The notes below the pieces were generated by a model. That model saw only the letters and a list, made by a program, of their open reading frames with translations. It was not told where the DNA came from and ran no database searches. Made by a program: the position numbers and the translations under genes. A DNA stretch of 64,000 bases from Candidatus Berkelbacteria bacterium RIFCSPLOWO2_01_FULL_50_28 (GTDB lineage: Bacteria > Patescibacteriota > UBA1384 > 2-12-FULL-50-11). The stretch is taken from NCBI GenBank assembly GCA_001774395.1, contig MEZX01000003.1, positions 9,903 to 73,902 of the forward strand. Direction: 5' to 3'. Of this stretch, positions 55,668 through 64,000 are shown piece by piece (the first letter of the stretch is position 1; the number at the start of each line of letters is the position of its first letter).

Positions 55668-57263
55668 ATGAGGAGACTCTTAATACTGTTCCCGTTCGCT
55701 ATTCTAGGGGCGCTCCTCTTTTCTGGCCCGGCGTACGCCGGAGACACGCCGGTAATAGATTTACGGGTTGAAATCGAGCTCCAAGCCAGTGGGTACGTCA
55801 ACGTTAACCAATCGCTGAGCTATTCAGCAGAGACCCCGCTCAACTGGAAGATCTTCTCACACGCCCGAGACGTTTCTGTCGTTGCCGACACAAAAGAGTT
55901 GGGACGCGCCGACTGGAAGCTCTCAAGTAAAAATGGGGCAAATGAGTTGACCACCACAGAAAGCTCTTCCCAGTGGACAGTTCGCTACTCGGTAAGCTCC
56001 AACCTCATCCGTCAGCAAGATCGCGATCAGTTTTTTCTGAAAATCGTCGAAAATCCCGGAGTGCCAATCTACTCCAGCGAGATTCTTTTTCTCTTGCCAC
56101 CGGGGGTAACCAGCGAGTCACTGAGCGGTAACCTATACGCGATAGGCGGGGTAAGCGGAGCGACTTTCACCAAAATTGATGGGGGAAAGCTCCGTTACCA
56201 AACTGAGTTTGCGGGCCCGCAGGCGCTTCTTACAATCAACGCCAGTTGGCCCAAGTCAGTTCTTAAGCTCAGCCTCTTTCAGGAGCTCCGTCTGGGCTGG
56301 CTTAACCTTGATTTCTTGCCGTGGATTATCCTTGGCTTAGCGCTGCCTCTGGCGAGCCTGATTCTCTTGGCCCGCTTATTCATCAAACAAAGGCGAGACG
56401 AGACAACCCCGCCTAGTTTGCCAACGACCGACAGCCCCCCCAGCGCCCTGTCACCGGTTATTGTTGGGGTGTTAATTCATAAGAAAATCTACCCCGAAGT
56501 AATCGCCAGCTTACTCGTGGATTTCTGCGTCCGCGGCTACGCCGTTATCGTCAGAAAGGGAGGCGAGTACTACCTCGGTCGCCGCAAAGCCGCTGACAGC
56601 CGCCTGGAAGATTGGGAGAGCCACATTTTTGATGAGTTATTTCCGACGCTCCAACTAACAACTTCCAGCGACGACTTGAGGCAGCTCAATAAGCAAACGC
56701 TCTTCAGCCCGCGGATTCGCGCTGCTTTTTCCCAGATCTATCAGGTAATCACGGAAAAACAGTTTTTCGCCGAAAATCCGCACGTTACCCGAGTACGTTA
56801 CAAGCTTTTGGCCTTGGGTTTCTATTTTGCCGCTCTAATTGGCCTGGCGTGGGTCGCCGTAACCGACGCCTCGCCGTACTTGACCGTTCCCCTCGTTGGA
56901 ACGCTGATAGCTTCTTGGCTAATAATTAAGCTGACCCCCAAGCTCATCCGTTACACCGACTCCGGCAAACAGGCCCGGCTGGCATGGCTCTCGTTCGCTG
57001 GGTATTTGGGCACCAAGAACCGTTCGGGCATTGAGACGGCCCGAAATCAGACTTTCGAAAAATACTTGCCGTACGCCGTGGCCCTGCACAGCACCGAACC
57101 GTGGGCGGAGCGTTTTGCCCATTCAAGCACTGCCTTAATACAGCCCGACTGGCTGATCACATATCAAGACACCGCGCCGGAACAGCTCACTGAGGAAATT
57201 ACCAAATTTACCAAGGCCATTTCAAAAAAAATCGCCACGCTACGCGGACCGTTAGTAAACTAG
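55668..57263 (+). CDS. DUF2207-family membrane protein
   Basis: Signal peptide, a large extracellular domain, a TM helix, a cytoplasmic segment and C-terminal TM helices. Confidence 0.55.
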   Translation: MRRLLILFPFAILGALLFSGPAYAGDTPVIDLRVEIELQASGYVNVNQSLSYSAETPLNWKIFSHARDVSVVADTKELGRADWKLSSKNGANELTTTESSSQWTVRYSVSSNLIRQQDRDQFFLKIVENPGVPIYSSEILFLLPPGVTSESLSGNLYAIGGVSGATFTKIDGGKLRYQTEFAGPQALLTINASWPKSVLKLSLFQELRLGWLNLDFLPWIILGLALPLASLILLARLFIKQRRDETTPPSLPTTDSPPSALSPVIVGVLIHKKIYPEVIASLLVDFCVRGYAVIVRKGGEYYLGRRKAADSRLEDWESHIFDELFPTLQLTTSSDDLRQLNKQTLFSPRIRAAFSQIYQVITEKQFFAENPHVTRVRYKLLALGFYFAALIGLAWVAVTDASPYLTVPLVGTLIASWLIIKLTPKLIRYTDSGKQARLAWLSFAGYLGTKNRSGIETARNQTFEKYLPYAVALHSTEPWAERFAHSSTALIQPDWLITYQDTAPEQLTEEITKFTKAISKKIATLRGPLVN

Positions 57264-57799
57264 CGCGCCGGCAGCCGAAACAGCGGATTATTGCCTACCT
57301 TACCGATAATATACGAACGCGGCACCGCTCCCCAAGCCCGGGAGTCCGAGCTCACAAAACGATTGTCCCCTAGCACAAAATATTCGTTACTCGTCAGCCG
57401 TCGCTTTAGGTCCGGTCCGGTCGTGATGCTCTGATCAAGATAGTTTTCGTCCAGAGTCCAGCCATCAATCGCAACGCGTCCGCTTCTTATCTCCACTTTC
57501 TCGCCCGGCAGGGCGATGATTCTTTTGATGAACCGTTTTTCGGTTTCACCGGGAAAGTACATTGCAATGACGTCAAAACGCTCGGGAGGTTTCAGTCGGT
57601 AGCTTATTTTATCTATCAACAATACCTCGCCGTCGAAGTAATTCGGATCCATGCTTGTTCCGCGAACGACCAGGGCCGAGTAGAAAAAGTAGTGCGTTAA
57701 TAACCCCAGTACCAAAATAACGGTCGCCAGCTTGGAAAAATCATAGACCCAGCCCAGGCGCCAAAACAACTTCTCTGCGGTTTGAGGATGTAAATTCAC
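57260..57799 (-). CDS. lepB: signal peptidase I
   Basis: GTSMDP (Ser box) and GDNRFVSSDSR motifs. Confidence 0.8.
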   Translation of the reverse strand: MNLHPQTAEKLFWRLGWVYDFSKLATVILVLGLLTHYFFYSALVVRGTSMDPNYFDGEVLLIDKISYRLKPPERFDVIAMYFPGETEKRFIKRIIALPGEKVEIRSGRVAIDGWTLDENYLDQSITTGPDLKRRLTSNEYFVLGDNRFVSSDSRAWGAVPRSYIIGKVGNNPLFRLPAR

Positions 57800-59598
57800 A
57801 CTTTCAGTGTAGCAAAGAGCTCTCGCAACGGCTCGTCCTCAAGCGTCTCAACCTCAAGTAATTTCTTGGCAATAGCGTGAAGACCAGTAAGATGTTTTGT
57901 GAGCAATTTCTGCGCCTTCACCCATGCTGTGGTGATCATCTTGTGAATCTGGTCGTCAACTTGCGCAGCCAATTTTTCGGAGTAAATCTTGTGCGAGCCA
58001 AACTCCCTGCCCAAAAACACCATCTCCTCTCGCTCACCGAGTTTGATCGGGCCGATCTCGCTCATGCCGAATATCGTCACCATCTCGCGAGCGATTTTGG
58101 TCGCTCGTTCAAGATCGTTAGCGGCACCAGTTGTGATATCTTTGAAAATCAACTGCTCGGCCGCGCGGCCGGCAAGCAGTGCCACCAACTCTTGCTCAAA
58201 TTTTGACTTCGGAATAAGGTGACGCTCCTCCTGGGGCAGACTCAAAGTGTAACCCAAGGCCATCCCTCGCGAGACGATCGAAACCTTATGAACGTCGTCC
58301 AGTTCTGGTAGTAGGTGGCCGACAACCGCGTGGCCAGCTTCGTGGTAAGCCACAATCTCCCTTTCCCGTTTCTTCAAAAGATGACTGGTGCGCTCCGGGC
58401 CCAACATCGTCTTGTCGATCGAAGCGCGCAGATCGCGTTGCTCAATTTTCTTCCTATTTGCCCGCGCCGCCAGGATCGCCGCCTCGTTAACAACGTTACG
58501 CAAATCAGCGCCTGAAAGGCCTGGTGTGGACTTAGCTATCTCGCCAAACTCGACGGCTTTATCGATCGGCTTGTTTCGAGCATGGATTCGCAGGATTTCT
58601 GTGCGCTCCTCACGATCGGGTAAGTCAAGTACAACTTTGCGATCGAATCGGCCCGGACGCAGTAGGGCCGGGTCCAAAACGTCGGGGCGGTTCGTAGCAG
58701 CCAAAACAATTACATTGGCTTCGGTATCAAAACCGTCCATCTCCACTAGAATTTGATTTAGCGTCTGCTCACGTTCGTCGTGCGAGCCGCCCAAACCGGT
58801 GCCGCGCTGGCGTCCAACGGCGTCAAGCTCGTCAATAAAAATAACCGTTGGGGCGGATTTCTTGGCCTTGGTGAAAAGATCCCGCACTCGGCTAGCTCCA
58901 ACGCCGACAAACATCTCGACAAATTCCGAGGCCGAGATCGAGAAGAAGGGAACTCCGGCCTCACCGGCAACAGCTTTAGCAAGCAACGTTTTACCTACCC
59001 CAGCTGGCCCGACGAGTAGCACCCCGTGCGGGATCTCCGCCCCCAACGCTCGAAATTTGGCTGGATGCTTGAGAAACTCCACAATTTCCTCCAACTCTTG
59101 TTTGACGTGTTTTAGCCCCGCCACGTCTTTAAAGCTGACTGGCTTTTTACCGGCGTACATTCGCGCGGTGGTTTTGCCAAACGACATCGCCTGCATATTG
59201 CCGCTTCTGGCTTGTCGGGCGATAAAGAAAAGGAAAAGCCCGAGCAAGAGAAATGGCACGAAGATGGAAAGTACAGTTGTCCAAACTGCCCCCGAAGTTC
59301 CAGAACGAACGTTGATAATCACATGTTCCGGCGTAATGCCATAGTCTTTTAGCCCCTGGCTGGTTTCTTTTATAGCAACCTGCTTGGTACCGTCCTTGAG
59401 CGTAGCGGTAATTTTATCGCCATCAACCGTAACTTCTTTTACTTGTTTGGCCGCGACTTCATCAGCCAACTGTGAGATCGGTATTTCCTTTATGTCGCTT
59501 GAACGGGAAAAATTAAATAAACTCCAAAGAACCAACATCAAAAAGACGAAGGTTAGGACGGTAAAAGTTTGGCGCCAGAAGCGGTTTCGATTAGTCAT
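57796..59598 (-). CDS. ftsH: ATP-dependent zinc metalloprotease FtsH
   Basis: AAA Walker [12 protein letters not shown] motif, HEAGHA zinc site. Confidence 0.9.
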   Translation of the reverse strand: MTNRNRFWRQTFTVLTFVFLMLVLWSLFNFSRSSDIKEIPISQLADEVAAKQVKEVTVDGDKITATLKDGTKQVAIKETSQGLKDYGITPEHVIINVRSGTSGAVWTTVLSIFVPFLLLGLFLFFIARQARSGNMQAMSFGKTTARMYAGKKPVSFKDVAGLKHVKQELEEIVEFLKHPAKFRALGAEIPHGVLLVGPAGVGKTLLAKAVAGEAGVPFFSISASEFVEMFVGVGASRVRDLFTKAKKSAPTVIFIDELDAVGRQRGTGLGGSHDEREQTLNQILVEMDGFDTEANVIVLAATNRPDVLDPALLRPGRFDRKVVLDLPDREERTEILRIHARNKPIDKAVEFGEIAKSTPGLSGADLRNVVNEAAILAARANRKKIEQRDLRASIDKTMLGPERTSHLLKKREREIVAYHEAGHAVVGHLLPELDDVHKVSIVSRGMALGYTLSLPQEERHLIPKSKFEQELVALLAGRAAEQLIFKDITTGAANDLERATKIAREMVTIFGMSEIGPIKLGEREEMVFLGREFGSHKIYSEKLAAQVDDQIHKMITTAWVKAQKLLTKHLTGLHAIAKKLLEVETLEDEPLRELFATLKV

Positions 59599-59730
59599 GG
59601 TAATTGACTAACACTACTTGCGATTTGTGATTCATGCTCCAAGTATTTTAGCTAAATTTGAACAATAATTCAAAGGCAACGCCGTCGGTCAACCTAGATT
59701 TTGCCGTTACGGTAAGATATAATCTTCCCT

Positions 59731-59803
59731 AGCGGGGTGGAGCAGTGGTCAGCTCGCGTGGCTCATAACCACGAGGTCGTTAGTTCGAATCTAACCCCCG
59801 CTA
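59731..59803 (+). tRNA. tRNA with CAT anticodon (elongator Met or Ile2)
   Basis: Acceptor agcgggg/ccccgct with the 1-72 pair intact (not initiator-like). Anticodon loop ctcataa. Confidence 0.7.
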
Positions 59804-59809
59804 CAAAGA

Positions 59810-59846
59810 CAATAGTCCGCCGAAAAAGCGGGCTATTGTTTTTTAG
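59810..59846 (+). terminator. rho-independent terminator
   Basis: 11-bp stem caatagtccgc/gcgggctattg (one G-U), then tttttt. Confidence 0.75.
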
Positions 59847-59889
59847 CAGATAAAATGAAGGCCCGGCGCGTGCCGGACCTCTTTGTGGG

Positions 59890-60459
59890 CTATGAAGGCC
59901 CGATGAACATCGATCTGTCGATGAGTTGCAGCGATTCCCGGACTTTCTGGGTGATCGCTTGGCGACTCTCCAGCTCCCGAACGAGCTCGGGAGGAAGCTC
60001 GAACTTGATCTTGTAACCCGCGTAGGATGCGATGTAACGTTTGCCAGTCTCAAAGTGCCAACTCGCAACTCGCATCAACTCGCGCTCCACGGGGTGAAAA
60101 ACAAATCGCAATAGCTCGTAAGCCTCACACCCGCTTATGGTCCAGTGCGGTGAGTCCGTGATGCTACAAATCCGCCGTAAATCCGTTAAGGAGAATACCG
60201 GATGCACTGACAGCATATAGCGCCAACGCGGCGTTAGCCTAAGGTAGAACTTGCCCTTAGCACCGTTTTCCACCAGCGTGTAGGCGTAGCTCCACCTTCT
60301 GGTAAGCTTTCTCACCTCGTCATCGCTTAACTCCGAATATTCTTCGCTGGATACCTCCAGACACGGGTACTCTCCCCGAAGCTCGGTCGGCTTTGGCGTG
60401 CCGCTGTGCCAATGGTCAACAACGATATCTTTCACAATAGTAAGAATCAAAGCAGTCAC
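59890..60459 (-). CDS. hypothetical protein between two CAT-anticodon tRNAs
   Basis: 189 aa with no recognised domain. Confidence 0.4.
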   Translation of the reverse strand: MTALILTIVKDIVVDHWHSGTPKPTELRGEYPCLEVSSEEYSELSDDEVRKLTRRWSYAYTLVENGAKGKFYLRLTPRWRYMLSVHPVFSLTDLRRICSITDSPHWTISGCEAYELLRFVFHPVERELMRVASWHFETGKRYIASYAGYKIKFELPPELVRELESRQAITQKVRESLQLIDRSMFIGPS

Positions 60460-60594
60460 CTCCTAAGAGGACTTACAAGCGATGCTTGCAGGGCAATAGT
60501 AGCGATTTTCTTTCAGTTTATCAAGTGGAATGGGGGATAATTTGCCCAAGCTACTTCATCAAATGGGTGATTATTGGTAAAATTAACAGGATTT

Positions 60595-60668
60595 GCCGGG
60601 GTAGCTCAGTTGGTTAGAGCACAACACTCATAAAGTTGAGGTCGCGAGTTCGATCCTCGCCCCCGGCA
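60595..60668 (+). tRNA. tRNA with CAT anticodon (Met/Ile2/other)
   Basis: Acceptor gccgggg/ccccggc, anticodon loop ctcataa (A31-A39 mismatch), T-arm gcgagttcgatcctcgc. Confidence 0.65.
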
Positions 60669-61064
60669 CTACGAACCGAAAAAGTACTTCCACCACTTAG
60701 AAAGACTGCTCTCTGGTTTTTCCCTCACGGGGGCAGCGTCGTGATAGATCTGGTCGCTCACTATCGAACCAGAAGATGGTTCTTTTGGTAGCCCTTTGAC
60801 GAGAAGAACTTTTTCGTTGGTTTTTCTTAATCCTAAACGACGCCTGGCCTCAAGCTCTTTGTAGGTGGCCGTCTTGTAGTAATCGATCAGTAGCTCGAGT
60901 TTTTTCTTTTGGGTTTCCAGCTCGGCCGTTTTTTGTTTGGCCGAATCTAACCTGGAACCTATCTCGTGGTTGCGAATGATGAGCCTAGCGTTCGAATAAA
61001 CGGCAAAAACAAAGAAGACTGCCAGGGCTAAACGGGCTAAGTTGTGACGTAAGAATGCAGCCAT
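60669..61064 (-). CDS. FtsB/DivIC-like septum formation initiator (putative)
   Basis: N-terminal TM helix followed by a coiled-coil (AKQKTAELETQKKKLELLIDYYK). Confidence 0.45.
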   Translation of the reverse strand: MAAFLRHNLARLALAVFFVFAVYSNARLIIRNHEIGSRLDSAKQKTAELETQKKKLELLIDYYKTATYKELEARRRLGLRKTNEKVLLVKGLPKEPSSGSIVSDQIYHDAAPVREKPESSLSKWWKYFFGS

Positions 61065-61115
61065 CGGTAATAAGTCTAACATAACAAAAACGACCCCGTT
61101 GGGGTCGTTTTTGTT

Positions 61116-63317
61116 TTAACGTCGGCGCTTTCGGCGCCCGGAACGTTTTGCCGTTACCGGCTTAGTCCGTCCCCTCGTCTGGTCGAACGATTCTTCGGCC
61201 GTTGGCTGTAGTGAACGCGAAAGCGCGTAGAACGTCGCGGCGATCACCAACAACAGAACCACTACCACAAACACTCGCGGCCAGTCTTGACTGTTGGTCG
61301 CGTCAACCTTAGTCGGCTGAGGCTTGGCGGGATCTTCCGGAGAGGGCGTTTCCGCCGCGTGCGCTTTTGGTACCAACACAGCCTTTGCGGTTGCTGGAGG
61401 CGCTTCAATTACTTCCCTCGCGCCGTCAATCGCACTTGTCTGCGTTACCTGATGGCCGTTTACCCACCCGGCAGTAACGTTGACGCCTTCAACCAAAGCC
61501 AGAGTAAAGACATTACTCTTGGAGGCAGGGTTACCGTACTTATCGAAGGCATAAACCGCAAACTCGTACGTATGTCCGACCGGCAAGTCGAGCCGCACTG
61601 TCGTGGCTGTTAGGTCGAATGTTTTCGTTTCAATACCGCCCTCAGCGCGATAGCCAACCTGGTAATAAGCTGAGTCGGCTGAACCTAAGCCCCAACTAAT
61701 CGTTGTGCGACAGAATTGATTTGGACAGCTGGCTGCGATCTTTTGGAGCGTGGCTGAATTGGGCCCAACAGTATCGTTGAAGGCCTGCACCGCGCTACTT
61801 GAGTTATTACCAGCGTCAATTGCTTGAACGTTGACGACGCCGTACAGATTGTCGCCGATAGAGACCGCCGGAAAACTACCATCGGGGTTTGACGCCACCG
61901 AGCCAAGCAGTATCACTCCCGGATCGGCCGGATTGCGATCAAGGACGTTGATCGTCGAGGTTTCCGAAACTGCTCCGGAGAGCCCGTACACGGTATCAAC
62001 AGTCCCCGGTTTGTTCTGGTTCGTCTTTATCTTCGTCAGAATAAGAATCGGCGCCAAGTTGTCTAGCGCCTGGCCGTTAACTGGTCCGACCGGGGCAGAT
62101 TCAAGGCCGCTGAAGTCAATCGCCACAGCCTTAAACTCGTAAGTCGCTGGGACGTTATTCAAGCCGTTTACCACCGCGCTTGTTAACAGCGCGGTATTTA
62201 GCGGCGTCCAATCAACTTCGCCAACTTCGCGATAGTTAAGCTCGTAGTTAGTTACGTCTAAGGACACTGAGGCGTCCCAAGAAGCGTTTACGGCACCGCC
62301 GTTGTCGCTCGGCACGTCAGTTACAGCCAGGTTGGTGGGCGGCTGTGGAACAGCGATGTCTACCGTGAAGCCGTCGCTTGCGGCAACACTTCCCGTTAAA
62401 CCGGCTCCGTTTGTCGCGCGTACTAGACTGTAGTACTTCACGCCGCTTATAGCACTGAAGTTGAGTGTGGTTGCAGTGACCGAACCAACGTCGGTGAACC
62501 CGACCACATCTGCTGTACTCGTCGTCAGGCCAAGGCCGGCTTCATAGCGAGCTACTCCCGATTCTGGGTCAACGAACCCGCTCCAATTCATGCTGATACT
62601 GGTAAGGTTGTTGCTCCAGTCGATGTCTACACCGGTGCCGTCGTTAACGATACCGCCGAGCGGTGCAGTTACATCGCTATCGTTATTTGCCCTGGGCGAA
62701 GCGTTGTCGATCGCTCCCAAATCTAAATTGATTTGAGACGCCGAATCGTGCCAGCTTGTTTCAAGTAACCCATCAGTAATGACGATGTTGCGTTCCATCG
62801 CCTTCTTGATCGCTAGGTTACTGCCCTTGAGCGGACTACCGCCCGAGCCGTCACAACCAGCCTGATCGATCACGGTTGGTGGGTCAGTCGGGAACGGGTT
62901 TTGCAATTCCATATAGACACTCGACCCGGCTTGGCAGGTGTTACTAAGAGAAACACTGGTCGTAACCCAATCAGACGCAACATTGAGAACCGAATTCTCG
63001 TGATTCAAATCGTAGTTGCTGATCAGGAAATAGCCGTTCCCTTCGATACTGTTGCCAGCCGGAATTGTCAGAGTTCCATTACTGGGTGCAGCATGGGTCA
63101 ACTGCCAGCCAGACAAGTCAATCGCATCGCTGGTGGTGTTACGCAGTTCAATCCATTCGTCAGCTGTACTTGCCGCTGAGCCCATCCACATCACTTCATT
63201 TATCACTACTGTCTCGCCCGCCGCGTAAGCGCGCGAGATGTTCATCGTTTCGGCAATGATTGCTCCTTGCAGGACAAGCAAAAGTACCAAGAAACGAATG
63301 AATATTTTCTTAAACAT
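61116..63317 (-). CDS. large cell-surface protein with a lamin-tail domain, Ig/FN3-like repeats, and a C-terminal TM anchor plus basic tail
   Basis: LTD motif VVINEVMWMGS...DEWIELRN. AGGAG precedes the ATG at 63317. C-terminal FVVVVLLLVIAATF then RRKRRR. Confidence 0.6.
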   Translation of the reverse strand: MFKKIFIRFLVLLLVLQGAIIAETMNISRAYAAGETVVINEVMWMGSAASTADEWIELRNTTSDAIDLSGWQLTHAAPSNGTLTIPAGNSIEGNGYFLISNYDLNHENSVLNVASDWVTTSVSLSNTCQAGSSVYMELQNPFPTDPPTVIDQAGCDGSGGSPLKGSNLAIKKAMERNIVITDGLLETSWHDSASQINLDLGAIDNASPRANNDSDVTAPLGGIVNDGTGVDIDWSNNLTSISMNWSGFVDPESGVARYEAGLGLTTSTADVVGFTDVGSVTATTLNFSAISGVKYYSLVRATNGAGLTGSVAASDGFTVDIAVPQPPTNLAVTDVPSDNGGAVNASWDASVSLDVTNYELNYREVGEVDWTPLNTALLTSAVVNGLNNVPATYEFKAVAIDFSGLESAPVGPVNGQALDNLAPILILTKIKTNQNKPGTVDTVYGLSGAVSETSTINVLDRNPADPGVILLGSVASNPDGSFPAVSIGDNLYGVVNVQAIDAGNNSSSAVQAFNDTVGPNSATLQKIAASCPNQFCRTTISWGLGSADSAYYQVGYRAEGGIETKTFDLTATTVRLDLPVGHTYEFAVYAFDKYGNPASKSNVFTLALVEGVNVTAGWVNGHQVTQTSAIDGAREVIEAPPATAKAVLVPKAHAAETPSPEDPAKPQPTKVDATNSQDWPRVFVVVVLLLVIAATFYALSRSLQPTAEESFDQTRGRTKPVTAKRSGRRKRRR

Positions 63318-63503
63318 ATTTCTCCTTCTAGTTGTTAAGGGACCAATCCCTCCAACCTTCAACAAGTTCAGGTTGACCCTGAGCCGAGTCGAAGGGTTTA
63401 TCCTGAGCCCTGTCGAAGGGCAATACAACCCTAGAAGTTCACCCCTAAGACGTAGCCTTAAAATAGCGAATATCCGCTCCTTGTCAAACAGTTACCGGTA
63501 ATC

Positions 63504-64000
63504 CTACGTCGCCCTGGTCGAAAGAAAATTGAGGAAGTTCCGTACGGTCGTTATGAATTCCCCTGAGAGCTTATCGTAGCTGCTTTGAGCGAACGTGAAA
63601 TTAAGATAGATGGCCTGATTTTGGGTAGGAACAATTACCATCAGATGGTCCATTGTTGCGTTGTTGTTAACCGTTGTCTGCTGGTAGTGAACTTCAACGA
63701 CGTTGAATCCCGCCCGCCTAACAGTTTTGTTACTAATAAGCGTGAATCCTTTCAATTTTTGCGCCAACGAACCAGCGATGGTCTTGGAGAGAGTGCGAAT
63801 GTCAGACCCCTCGGTGAATGTTCCTTCCACAATCCGAACAAAGTACGAGGCGCTTGGGTTGGAGCGCGACGCAACCGCTATAATCCCGGCCTTGCTATCT
63901 GCCTTGGTGAGCTCTTGTTTCTTCCACGACTGTGGATAGCTACTGCTGATTGTCGTCAGGTGCTGATACGACTTCAGATTGGCCTTGGCCTTAACGTAAC
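63504..64000 (-). CDS. hypothetical protein (5' end beyond the window edge)
   Basis: The open frame continues to the window boundary. Confidence 0.35.
   Translation of the reverse strand, partial: YVKAKANLKSYQHLTTISSSYPQSWKKQELTKADSKAGIIAVASRSNPSASYFVRIVEGTFTEGSDIRTLSKTIAGSLAQKLKGFTLISNKTVRRAGFNVVEVHYQQTTVNNNATMDHLMVIVPTQNQAIYLNFTFAQSSYDKLSGEFITTVRNFLNFLSTRAT

Overview
This 64 kb window looks like a small-genome bacterial chromosome segment with Candidate Phyla Radiation-like gene content. The taxon is an inference only.

Housekeeping genes in the window are typA/bipA, a DEAD-box helicase, lepA, ftsH, lepB, murJ, rny, rpsA, secG, miaA, trxB and a comM/yifB-like ATPase. It also carries a GGDEF diguanylate cyclase, an ABC transporter pair, a NUDIX hydrolase, topoisomerase IB, a DnaJ-like J-protein, a CYTH cyclase and a DHH phosphoesterase. 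I called 14 tRNA genes by hand (Lys, Gly x2, Cys, Leu x3, Phe, Val, Pro x2, Arg, and two CAT-anticodon tRNAs).

Accessory and unusual content is interleaved with these:
- At the left end, a Bro-N/DinD-like gene sits next to a frameshifted Cas4-like PD-(D/E)XK nuclease.
- An AT-rich island at about 1.6-5.5 kb carries four copies of a roughly 30-nt motif, a nucleoside 2-deoxyribosyltransferase-like gene and small hypothetical ORFs.
- A RelE/ParE toxin-antitoxin pair has palindromic operator candidates upstream.
- A retron-type reverse transcriptase lies between a DnaJ-like gene and topoisomerase IB, flanked by two diverged copies of the DnaJ C-terminal coding segment.
- Two diverged copies of a roughly 200-nt structured element show compensatory stem changes. 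They sit as 5' leaders of two membrane-protein genes, one on each strand.
- Several tRNAs carry att-like partial duplications. tRNA-Lys has tandem 3'-end repeats, tRNA-Leu and tRNA-Gly have 5'-end duplications, and tRNA-Arg has two segments bounded by 43-bp direct repeats that resemble its 3' end.
- A free-standing LAGLIDADG homing endonuclease overlaps the lepA start, and lepA itself has an in-frame AT-rich hairpin insertion.
- A cohesin-like gene sits next to a dockerin-containing gene.
- Three tandem paralogs of a membrane-anchored surface protein are present.
- Several GC-rich ORF-free regions are candidate ncRNAs.

All calls are by-eye motif recognition. No database searches were run.
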